A stretch of DNA of 52,882 nt, from contig JBAQCS010000047.1 in NCBI GenBank assembly GCA_049294415.1, forward strand, positions 1 through 52,882, given 5' to 3'. This DNA is from Patescibacteria group bacterium (GTDB taxonomy: Bacteria; Patescibacteriota; Patescibacteriia; Patescibacteriales; UBA12465). The translations under genes and the position numbers were made by a program. The notes under the pieces are model-generated. The model saw only the letters and a list, made by a program, of their open reading frames with translations. It had not been told where the DNA came from and searched no databases. Position 1 is the first letter of the stretch. The number at the start of each line of letters is the position of its first letter. Of the stretch, positions 43,645-52,089 are shown in pieces.

Positions 43645-45057
43645 TTACGATTTAATAAGTTTTTGTCCTACCCTAAAAATATCGCCAGCCCCCATTAAGA
43701 GCAATAAATCCTTATTTTTCAAGGTTTTTTTAAGATATTCCTGCACGGTGTCTAGATTTTTTTGATAGACGACTGTTTGCTTAATTCCTTGTTTTTTATT
43801 CCAGTCCTTAATAGCTGTAATTAATTCACTACTAGATACTCCACCCTGCTCTTCACGAGCTGAACCATAAATATCAATGATAATTAATTTATCAGCCTCT
43901 TTAAAACTTGATTTAAAATCATCAAACAAAGCTAAGGTTCTAGTAAAAGTATGAGGATGAAAAACAGCTACGATTTTTTTATTTTTATAAGTTTCTTTAA
44001 AAGCTGCTAAAGTAGCTTTTACTTCGGTAGGATGATGAGCATAATCATCATAAACTGGCACTTCATTATAATTTCCTAAAAATTGAGCACGACGAGTAGT
44101 GCCTGTAAAAGTGGCTAGATGTTTTTTAATAACTGGCATCTCCATGCCTAGCGCGTAAGAAGCAGCTATAACTGCTAGAGCATTATAAACGTTATGACGA
44201 CCAATCATCTTAATCTTAAACTCACCAATCTCATTAACTGTAAAATATTGATAACCATCTTTAAAATAATGATTGTAAGCTAAAAAACGAACAGTTTCTT
44301 TTTTCTTTAAATATTCTGCCTTATCGCGCACTACCTCATAATTAAGCAACCAACCTTTATTTTTAGAATATAGTTTTTTAATTTGTTCATCACTATGATT
44401 AGCAACCAAGAAACCATCGGACGGAATTTTAGTGATAAAATCTTCAAAAACTTGATAGTAAGCGGCTTTAGTTTTAAAGAAATCTGGATGATCATAATCA
44501 ATATTATTTAAAACTACACCTTGTGGTTTAAAATATTGCAACTTATTTTGATATTCATCACATTCAGCTACAAAAAGTCTGGAAGAGCCAGCCAAACTAC
44601 TACCTTTAAACTGCGGCACACTTGAACCAACTAACACATTAGGATCTAATTCTCCGCGCCATAAAACATAACCTAACCAAGCAGAAGTTGTAGTCTTACC
44701 ATGACTGCCACACACAGCTACACCGTAATGCTGATTAAAAATATCTCCTAAGGCTTCAGCGTAAGTTAAAGTTTTAATTTTCTTGAGCGATAGCTTAGCC
44801 ATCTCTATATTATTCGCGACTGTATAAGCTGAAGAGTGAATTACTACTCCTAGTCCACTTTTAATATTCTTTTCAGAAAAATTATAAACAGGAATTTTTT
44901 CTTTTTTCAAAACGGCATCAGTTAAAAACTTTTCTGGAATATCTGAACCAACAACATCCACTCCCTTCTCTTTTAAAAACTGAGCTAGCATAGTCATACC
45001 AACTCCTTTAATACCTAGCAAATATACTTTTTTATATTTTTGTAAGAATGAAGACAT
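43645..45057 (-). CDS. murC: UDP-N-acetylmuramate--L-alanine ligase
   Basis: VYLLGIKGVGMTMLAQFLKEKGVDVVGSD, GSHGKTTTSAW, DYAHHPTE. Confidence 0.9.
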   Translation of the reverse strand: MSSFLQKYKKVYLLGIKGVGMTMLAQFLKEKGVDVVGSDIPEKFLTDAVLKKEKIPVYNFSEKNIKSGLGVVIHSSAYTVANNIEMAKLSLKKIKTLTYAEALGDIFNQHYGVAVCGSHGKTTTSAWLGYVLWRGELDPNVLVGSSVPQFKGSSLAGSSRLFVAECDEYQNKLQYFKPQGVVLNNIDYDHPDFFKTKAAYYQVFEDFITKIPSDGFLVANHSDEQIKKLYSKNKGWLLNYEVVRDKAEYLKKKETVRFLAYNHYFKDGYQYFTVNEIGEFKIKMIGRHNVYNALAVIAASYALGMEMPVIKKHLATFTGTTRRAQFLGNYNEVPVYDDYAHHPTEVKATLAAFKETYKNKKIVAVFHPHTFTRTLALFDDFKSSFKEADKLIIIDIYGSAREEQGGVSSSELITAIKDWNKKQGIKQTVVYQKNLDTVQEYLKKTLKNKDLLLLMGAGDIFRVGQKLIKS

Positions 45058-45061
45058 AAAA

Positions 45062-46138
45062 TTACTTAACTAAAGACAAAACTAATTCTACTATTCTAAC
45101 AGCCGCTCCTGATTTATTAATACGAGCCATAGCCTCGGCTAAATCTCGTCTTTTAACTTCAGAAGCAAATAATCCGCGAATTTCAAAAGTTAATTTATTA
45201 TTTAATTCCGATTGATTAAGTATTAAAGCTGCTCCCTTATCAAGACAAACTTTAGCATTATCTTCTTGTTGAGAATGTGGTATAGGAATTAAAATACTTG
45301 GTTTTTTTAAAGCTGATAACTCAGTGATAGTCGCCAGTCCAGCACGAGCCACGATAATATCAGAAACAGACATAGCTGAAACTAATTGCTCATGATTTAA
45401 AAACTCTGTCACGTAATATCCTGTTTTAGAAGAGGAAATTGTTTTACCGCGACCACTGACATGAATTACTTGAGTCAAATCCAATAGTTTATCTAGATTT
45501 TTATTAACTGCTTCATTAATAGCTTCGGAACCAGTGCCTCCACCAAAAATTAAAACTAGTGGACGTTTTACATCTAAATTATAATTTTTAAAAACCTCAT
45601 CGCGACTCATTAACTTAGGAAAAATAACTGGATTACCAGTGAGCACTGCTTTAGCACCATATATCTTTAAAGATTCTTCAAAAGTCACGGTAACTATTTT
45701 AGCCGCTCCTGCCATTAACCGATTAGCTAATCCTGGTCTTACATCCTGCTGGTGAATTAAAACTGGAATATTTATTAATTTAGCCGCCCAAACTAAAGGC
45801 ACGCTAGTAAAAGCACCGGCTGAAATAACAACATCTGGCTTATCTTTTTTTAATAAATATAAACTCTGAAAAAAAGCACCACCAATATTAAATAAGTCAG
45901 TAAAATTATGCCAAGAAAAATAACGACGAAATTTACCTGACAAAATAGGAATAAAAATAATTGGTAAAGTAATAGCCGCCTCGGCTACTAAAGATTTTTC
46001 TGGGCCAACATGACCACCAATAAAAGTAAAAGTTACTTCTGGTCTAACTGCATAAAGCTCGCGAGCCACGGCTAAAAGCGGGGTTACTGGACCGCCGCTA
46101 CCACCACCAGATAACATTATTTTTAATGGTTTAGTCAT
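45062..46138 (-). CDS. murG: undecaprenyldiphospho-muramoylpentapeptide beta-N-acetylglucosaminyltransferase
   Basis: GGGSGGPVTPLLAVAREL N-terminus and a GT28 C-terminal region ARAGLATITELSALKKPSILIP. dcw context. Confidence 0.88.
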   Translation of the reverse strand: MTKPLKIMLSGGGSGGPVTPLLAVARELYAVRPEVTFTFIGGHVGPEKSLVAEAAITLPIIFIPILSGKFRRYFSWHNFTDLFNIGGAFFQSLYLLKKDKPDVVISAGAFTSVPLVWAAKLINIPVLIHQQDVRPGLANRLMAGAAKIVTVTFEESLKIYGAKAVLTGNPVIFPKLMSRDEVFKNYNLDVKRPLVLIFGGGTGSEAINEAVNKNLDKLLDLTQVIHVSGRGKTISSSKTGYYVTEFLNHEQLVSAMSVSDIIVARAGLATITELSALKKPSILIPIPHSQQEDNAKVCLDKGAALILNQSELNNKLTFEIRGLFASEVKRRDLAEAMARINKSGAAVRIVELVLSLVK

Positions 46139-47283
46139 TATTTCAAATTCTTAGTTTGTTTACTAATATTTATTACTACTCCCATAGCTATCAAAGATGA
46201 CAGGATTGAAGATCCTCCGGCTGAAATAAATGGTAACGGCACGCCAGTCATCGGAATTAAATTAAGTTGCCCGCCGATATTTAAAAACATCTGCACCGAC
46301 AGCCAGGCCACTACGCCAGTGGCCAGCGACATACCAAAAACATCTGGAGCTGCTTTAGCAATTTGTAAAATTCTATAGAATAAAAATAAAAATAAAATTA
46401 ATACTAGAACGCTAAACACAAAACCAATTTCCTCAGCAATAATTGGAAAAATTGAATCGCCCCAAACTTCTGGTAAATACATAAACTTTTGGCGGCTCTG
46501 CCCTAGCCCTCTACCAAAAACTCCGCCAGAACCAACTGCAATTAATGACTGATTGATTTGATAACATTCTTTCTGAGTATCAAAGGTAGGATCTTTATAA
46601 CACTTAAACCGATCGGATTGATAAGAGTCGCTAGCATAGACTGCCAAGAATAAAACTAAACCAGCAATTACCGCTGTTAAAAATAAATGTTGAAATTTAC
46701 CGCCACCCACAAAAAATACTACCGTGGCCATAAAAGATATCACAAAGAAAGTTCCTAAATCTGGTTGAGCGGCCATTAACAAGCCAATGACACCAAGAGT
46801 TGCTAAAAAAGGAATAATACCACCAGCCACACTTTTTAACTCCCCTTTCTTAGCTTCTAGCCAAGTCGCTAAATAAATTAAAAAAGTTAATTTAACCAGT
46901 TCTGATGGTTGAAAAGAAAAACCAAAAATATTAATCCAACTGCGAGAAGTACCAAATTCAGCTCTAATACCAGGAATGAAAACTAACAACAACAGAACTA
47001 CCGAAGCGATTAAGGCTGTACCAGCATAACGACGCCAAATATGATAATCTATTTTAGAAACCACAAACATGATTACCAAACTCAAAGCAACCCACATTAC
47101 TTGTTTACCAAAGTAATGGTAGATATTACCAAACTTAGAATAGGAAACAACCGAGGAGGCAGAAGACAACATTACTAAACCAAAAACTAATAAAATGCCA
47201 AGGGTTACCCAGACACTTTTATCAGCTTCGTGTTCTCCTTTCTTTGATACAAATAACTTTTTAATTGTTTTAGAAAAAAACAT
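46138..47283 (-). CDS. ftsW: SEDS family peptidoglycan polymerase FtsW/RodA
   Basis: About 10 TM segments, FQPSELVKL motif, PDLGT, PLPFISAGGSS. Lies between mraY and murG. Confidence 0.88.
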   Translation of the reverse strand: MFFSKTIKKLFVSKKGEHEADKSVWVTLGILLVFGLVMLSSASSVVSYSKFGNIYHYFGKQVMWVALSLVIMFVVSKIDYHIWRRYAGTALIASVVLLLLVFIPGIRAEFGTSRSWINIFGFSFQPSELVKLTFLIYLATWLEAKKGELKSVAGGIIPFLATLGVIGLLMAAQPDLGTFFVISFMATVVFFVGGGKFQHLFLTAVIAGLVLFLAVYASDSYQSDRFKCYKDPTFDTQKECYQINQSLIAVGSGGVFGRGLGQSRQKFMYLPEVWGDSIFPIIAEEIGFVFSVLVLILFLFLFYRILQIAKAAPDVFGMSLATGVVAWLSVQMFLNIGGQLNLIPMTGVPLPFISAGGSSILSSLIAMGVVINISKQTKNLK

Positions 47284-47286
47284 GAA

Positions 47287-48339
47287 TTAGTAGTGTTTAT
47301 CTAATAAGAAAATAACTAGTCCAATTGAAGCGGCCACTCCAGCTACTACCCAAAAACGCATTACCACCTTACTCTCACTCCAACCAACAGCTTGAAAATG
47401 ATGATGAATAGGAGCTGATAAAAAAACTTTTTTACCGCCGCGCAATTTTTTAGATAACAATTGGATAATAACTGATAATGATTCAGTCATAAAAATAAAA
47501 CCAATAAACGGCAATAGTAGAGCGTCATTAGTTAACATCGCAATAATACCAAGAGTAATACCTAAACTCATTGAACCGGTATCTCCCATATAAAAACGAG
47601 CTGGCGGAATGTTGTACCACAGAAAAGCCAGTAACGCTCCCATAATTACGCCGCAGAAAGTAGCTAGTTCAAATAAACCAGAGAAAAAAGCAATTACACC
47701 ATAACAAGCAAAAGCAATAAGTAGTGTGCCACCAGCTAAACCATCTAAACCATCAGTTTCATTAACTGAGAAAGAAGTGGCAACAATAACAAACATAAAA
47801 ACTGGAATATACCACCAAGAAATTTCAAAGTTACCGAGAAAAGGTATGTGAAAAACTGTCCAATCTAATTTAAAATAAAACCACAGAGCACCAATTAAAG
47901 CGATAACGGCATAAATGAGTAAACGGTGTTTCATTTTTAAACCACCGCCGCCCAGAGATCCTTTACCGCGAACATCCAACCAATCGTCTACTAAACCAAT
48001 CAGCGCTGAAGCAATCAAAGCTCCGAGTGGTAAAAGGGTTTCAGAACGAGTTAAGAAATTTAAATTTTTAAAAATATCAAAAGGCAAAATATTTGATAGA
48101 AACAAAAACAATAAAGAGAAAATAAGTACTGTTCCCCAAATTAAAATGCCACCCATAGTCGGAGTTCCCTCTTTATGAGCGTGTAATTCGGAAAATATTG
48201 GTGTCGCACCGCTATTTCTAATTTTTTTACCTAAATGATGTTTATAAAGAAAGTTGGAAAGTAAGGGGGTAGCTAAACCAGCAAAAATAAAAGCACTGGT
48301 AGAAAGTAAAATAATCTTAATGATGTAAAAATCTTGCAT
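47287..48339 (-). CDS. mraY: phospho-N-acetylmuramoyl-pentapeptide-transferase
   Basis: HKEGTPTMGG, VDDWLDV, NETDGLDGLAGG, MGDTGSMSLG, PIHHHF. Confidence 0.93.
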   Translation of the reverse strand: MQDFYIIKIILLSTSAFIFAGLATPLLSNFLYKHHLGKKIRNSGATPIFSELHAHKEGTPTMGGILIWGTVLIFSLLFLFLSNILPFDIFKNLNFLTRSETLLPLGALIASALIGLVDDWLDVRGKGSLGGGGLKMKHRLLIYAVIALIGALWFYFKLDWTVFHIPFLGNFEISWWYIPVFMFVIVATSFSVNETDGLDGLAGGTLLIAFACYGVIAFFSGLFELATFCGVIMGALLAFLWYNIPPARFYMGDTGSMSLGITLGIIAMLTNDALLLPFIGFIFMTESLSVIIQLLSKKLRGGKKVFLSAPIHHHFQAVGWSESKVVMRFWVVAGVAASIGLVIFLLDKHY

Positions 48340-48358
48340 AGCTAAAAAATAATCTTAA

Positions 48359-48772
48359 TTATTTGAAATTCATTAAATAAATTAGAACTAAGGCTGACAG
48401 CATTCCTAAATTACTTAAAATAACTGCTGACATAATAATATTAGACTGAAAACGAAAATGCTTATTAGGTCCAAAAATAAATAATATAATCAACGAAATA
48501 AGCAGAATCGCTAAACTAACCAAAGGAAAATAGAAAATATTATTAGCATCACCAATCCAATTAATACCAAAATCTACATTATAATGAAGAACTAGTAAAT
48601 TACCAGTCAGATTCTTATAGATATAATAAGATAAAAACCAAGAAATAGCTTGTAATAATAGGCTAGCGGCTAAATAAAAACGATTAGGTAAGTAAGCGAA
48701 GAATTCACTCAAAGAAGCACCGACATTAGTCCGCCAAGAATAAAACCGTTCGTAGAGTTTAGAATAAGTCAT
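48359..48772 (-). CDS. hypothetical membrane protein (137 aa) at the head of the mraY cluster
   Basis: 3-4 TM segments. Ends 19 nt upstream of mraY. No family recognised. Confidence 0.6.
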   Translation of the reverse strand: MTYSKLYERFYSWRTNVGASLSEFFAYLPNRFYLAASLLLQAISWFLSYYIYKNLTGNLLVLHYNVDFGINWIGDANNIFYFPLVSLAILLISLIILFIFGPNKHFRFQSNIIMSAVILSNLGMLSALVLIYLMNFK

Positions 48773-48844
48773 AATAATAGCAAAAAAGGGCCTAGCCAGG
48801 CGCTTACTCAGTCATTTTAGCACATTTTAAAAATAATATAAATA

Positions 48845-49939
48845 ATGTATAATAAAGCCATGAACTCCAAATTAATCTCCAAACTATTAAATTATACCAA
48901 AGGGCTAGGCTTTAACGATTTAGCTATCACTAAACATGACGGCCATCACCTACTCTGGGCGGATAACGGCCTAGACAAAACCCAGCTAAAATTGCCCTTT
49001 AAACTAGAAGATGATTTAGCTTCCGCTTTTAAGAGAATTTTAAAAATTGCACCTGACGATTTAGTTAGCGGCGCTTATTTTAAAATGGGTAATGACAGTT
49101 TTTTAATTTCCATTATCCCTCAAGAAGATGGTGACAAAATTATCATTAAAAGAGCTGTTAAGACTCTTAAAAATTTAAGATTAAGTCGACTAGGTTTGGG
49201 TCGAGCTGAAAAACAACTACTTGAACAATTTTTAACTCGCCGCCAAGGACTTATTATTGTAGCTTCACCTGATAACGAAGGAAAAACTACTACTCTCTAC
49301 TCCCTGCTAGAAAAAATTAACAGAGACGAAAAACTTTGCTACTTATTAGAAACCCATTCTGAATTAGTGATTGAAGATGTAAATCGTTTAACTAGCACTG
49401 GACGACAAAGATTAGAAGACTTAGAAAACGTCAGGCGTCATGATAGTGAAATTGTGGTTATTGATGATGCTGACGCCACCTTAATTAAAGGAGCGATTGA
49501 TTTAGCTAGCCAAGGAAAATTAGTCATTATTGGCGTTAAAGCTAATAACATCAATCAGCTCAATGAACAAATATCAGGCATTAAGCAATTTAAAAACTTA
49601 GATGCTTTAATTATTTTCCAAAAATTAATTGCCAAAAACTGTCCACGTTGCCTCGAAGCTTATATAAATGATGAGACCTCAGAATTAATAGCTAAATATT
49701 GGCCAAGGGATAAAAAATATCAACCTAAAAATTTCTGGAATAGCCAAGGTTGCTCACATTGTAATCATTCAGGCCAAAAAGGACTGATCGCTGTCTTTAA
49801 TATTTTAAGTAATAAAGATTTGCAAACCAAGACTATCAGTTCTATTTCTAATGACATTTTACAAAAAGCAGCTAGTGGCTTAATATCAGTCAGTAAGCTA
49901 ATTCAAAAACAAAAAGAATCCTTAAGCCATAAGTTATGA
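48845..49939 (+). CDS. GspE/PilB-family secretion-ATPase-like protein with degenerate catalytic motifs (alternative start 48860)
   Basis: Collinear with T2SS/T4P ATPases: GLIIVASPDNEGKTTTLYSLL (P-loop region), HDSEIVVIDDAD (Walker B position), QGKLVIIGVKAN (His-box position), CPRC...GCSHCNHSGQKGLIAVFNIL (tetracysteine / Arg-finger position). Confidence 0.7.
   Translation: MYNKAMNSKLISKLLNYTKGLGFNDLAITKHDGHHLLWADNGLDKTQLKLPFKLEDDLASAFKRILKIAPDDLVSGAYFKMGNDSFLISIIPQEDGDKIIIKRAVKTLKNLRLSRLGLGRAEKQLLEQFLTRRQGLIIVASPDNEGKTTTLYSLLEKINRDEKLCYLLETHSELVIEDVNRLTSTGRQRLEDLENVRRHDSEIVVIDDADATLIKGAIDLASQGKLVIIGVKANNINQLNEQISGIKQFKNLDALIIFQKLIAKNCPRCLEAYINDETSELIAKYWPRDKKYQPKNFWNSQGCSHCNHSGQKGLIAVFNILSNKDLQTKTISSISNDILQKAASGLISVSKLIQKQKESLSHKL
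48848..48853 (+). promoter_or_regulatory. TATAAT box 6 nt upstream of the second in-frame ATG (48860) of the GspE-like gene
   Basis: The sequence ATGTATAATAAAGCCATG has the same -10/N6/ATG geometry as prfB and murB. No good -35 box was found. Confidence 0.35.
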
Positions 49940-50592
49940 AGATAAGCTGTGTCATTCCTGCCTACAACGAAGCTAAAAATATTGAGCTAGTCATTTATAA
50001 GGTTAAACCTTTAGTTGACGAGCTAATTGTGATAGACGATTGTTCAACTGATGACACCTTTAAGCTGGCTAATAAAACAGGGGTGGTCGTTTTACAACAT
50101 ATTATTAATCGCGGCCAAGGAGCAGCTCTACAAACTGGTAATGATTATGCCTTAGCTCATGGTGCCGATATTATTGTCCACTTTGATGCTGATGATCAAT
50201 TCTCAGCCGCCGAAATTAAAGACGTAATTCAACCCATTTTAGATAATAGAGCTGATGCGGTTTTTGGTTCCCGTTTTTTAGGTAGTGCTAATTTTCCTTT
50301 TACCAAAAAACATATTATTATGCCACTAGCTCGTCTAATTAATCGTTTTTTCGGCATTAAATTAAGTGACCCTCAAAGTGGTTTTAGAGCTATGAATCGC
50401 CAGACAGCCCTAAAGTTAACTATTGATAGTCGCGGCATGGCCCACTGTAGTGAAATACTTTATAAAGTAAATAAAAGTGGTGCCAAAATTATTGAAGTGC
50501 CAATTAATGTTACTTATCATGAATTTGGACAAAAATTGAGCGGCGGTTTTAAAATTATTAAAGATTTACTGATTAATAACTTCATAAAATAA
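49936..50592 (+). CDS. glycosyltransferase family 2 (polyprenyl-phosphate sugar synthase-like)
   Basis: SCVIPAYNEAKNI, VIDDCSTDDT, HFDADDQ (DxD). Its ATG overlaps the upstream TGA (ATGA). Confidence 0.85.
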   Translation: MKISCVIPAYNEAKNIELVIYKVKPLVDELIVIDDCSTDDTFKLANKTGVVVLQHIINRGQGAALQTGNDYALAHGADIIVHFDADDQFSAAEIKDVIQPILDNRADAVFGSRFLGSANFPFTKKHIIMPLARLINRFFGIKLSDPQSGFRAMNRQTALKLTIDSRGMAHCSEILYKVNKSGAKIIEVPINVTYHEFGQKLSGGFKIIKDLLINNFIK

Positions 50593-50593
50593 T

Positions 50594-50926
50594 ATGATTA
50601 GTTTTCAACAATTTTTAGCTCTAATTATTATTGCTTTTTTCATCACTAGATTAGTTAAGCAAAAAAATAAACAACAAGTTAGCAATAGTGAGTTTTGGCT
50701 TTGGTTATTTTTTTGGACTGGTTCAGCCCTAGCAATTATTTTCCTAAAACAATTAGATCACTTGGCTTCAGCCTTAGGCTTTACTGCTAGTGGTATTAAT
50801 TTATTATTTTACGGAGCAATTTTAGTTTTATTCTATTTTGTTTTCAAACTACGTTTACGCCAAGCTAAGTTAGATAAAGATATTACTGATTTAAATCGCC
50901 ACCTTACTCTTCTTAAAAAAGACTAG
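50594..50926 (+). CDS. small membrane protein, DUF2304-like (commonly found next to GT2 genes)
   Basis: 110 aa, about 3 TM segments plus a C-terminal amphipathic/coiled segment. Starts 1 nt after the GT2 stop. Family assignment is from memory only. Confidence 0.5.
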   Translation: MISFQQFLALIIIAFFITRLVKQKNKQQVSNSEFWLWLFFWTGSALAIIFLKQLDHLASALGFTASGINLLFYGAILVLFYFVFKLRLRQAKLDKDITDLNRHLTLLKKD

Positions 50927-50928
50927 TT

Positions 50929-52089
50929 ATGAAAATTGCTCAAATAGTCTGTACCTTCCCGCCTTATAACGGCGGTATTGGTACTAGCGCCAAACGTTTC
51001 GGCGATATATTAGCTACTGATTATCAAGTAACAACCTTTACGCTACAACCAAAGGGGCAAGCTGACATAAAAGAGCTAGACGTTATCAGACTCAAGCCTC
51101 TCCTGCGCTATGGCCACGGCGGACTGCCCTTTTCCCTGCTAAGCACTCTTAACAAATTTGATTGCATCTACTTACATTATCCTTTTTTTGGAGCCAGTGA
51201 ATTAGTCTGGCTGTTTTTATTATTTAATAAAAAAACTAAACTAATTATCCATTATCATATGGATACCGGGCATTTAGCTTGGTATTTAAAAATACTAGCC
51301 TGGCCTAGTTCTTTAATTAAAGAATCTTTGTTTAAAAGAGCTGATAAAATTATTAGCGCTAGTTTAGATTATTTATATAACAGCCAAATTGCTGACTTCG
51401 CTAAAAATCACCCTGAAAAAATTTGCGAAATACCTTTTGGTTTAGATACTAATGAGTTCTTACCTAAAATGCCGGAGCCAAAAAATAATATCATGGCCAA
51501 GGCTAAAGAAATAATTAACTTTGTTACTAAACATTTTATTAAACGCGGACAAGTTAATTTATTATTCGTGGGCGGTTTAGATTCCGCACATTACTTCAAA
51601 GGCTTAGATGTCTTATTGCAAGCTTTAAGTGAATTAAAAAATAATAACTGGAATTTAAAAATTGTGGGTTCTGGTAATTTACAAAGTAATTACGAGGCTA
51701 ACAGCCTTAAATTAGGCTTAGAAAAAAAAGTACATTTCTTAGGTAAATTAGACGACCTAACACTTATTAAAACTTATCAAGCATCAGATTTATTTATCTT
51801 ACCCTCAATTAATAGTCATGAAGCTTTCGGCTTAGTCTTAATGGAAGCTATGGCTTGTGGCGTGCCGGTTATTGCTTCTAGATTACCAGGGGTTAGAACT
51901 GTTTTTAGAGACGGAATTGATGGTTTAGCTTGCAATATTAATGACAGCCATGACCTAGCCGCTAAAATAGAACTACTTATCACTGACGAAAGGAAACGCG
52001 TAGCCATGGGACATAGTGCTAGAAGCTATGCTGTTAGCAAATATTCTTGGGAAGCCATAGCTGATCGTTTCAAAAAAATATTTATATGA
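50929..52089 (+). CDS. glycosyltransferase family 4 (GT-B, Glycos_transf_1-type)
   Basis: C-terminal EAFGLVLMEAMACGVPVIASRLPG motif (E-x7-E type). Confidence 0.85.
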   Translation: MKIAQIVCTFPPYNGGIGTSAKRFGDILATDYQVTTFTLQPKGQADIKELDVIRLKPLLRYGHGGLPFSLLSTLNKFDCIYLHYPFFGASELVWLFLLFNKKTKLIIHYHMDTGHLAWYLKILAWPSSLIKESLFKRADKIISASLDYLYNSQIADFAKNHPEKICEIPFGLDTNEFLPKMPEPKNNIMAKAKEIINFVTKHFIKRGQVNLLFVGGLDSAHYFKGLDVLLQALSELKNNNWNLKIVGSGNLQSNYEANSLKLGLEKKVHFLGKLDDLTLIKTYQASDLFILPSINSHEAFGLVLMEAMACGVPVIASRLPGVRTVFRDGIDGLACNINDSHDLAAKIELLITDERKRVAMGHSARSYAVSKYSWEAIADRFKKIFI

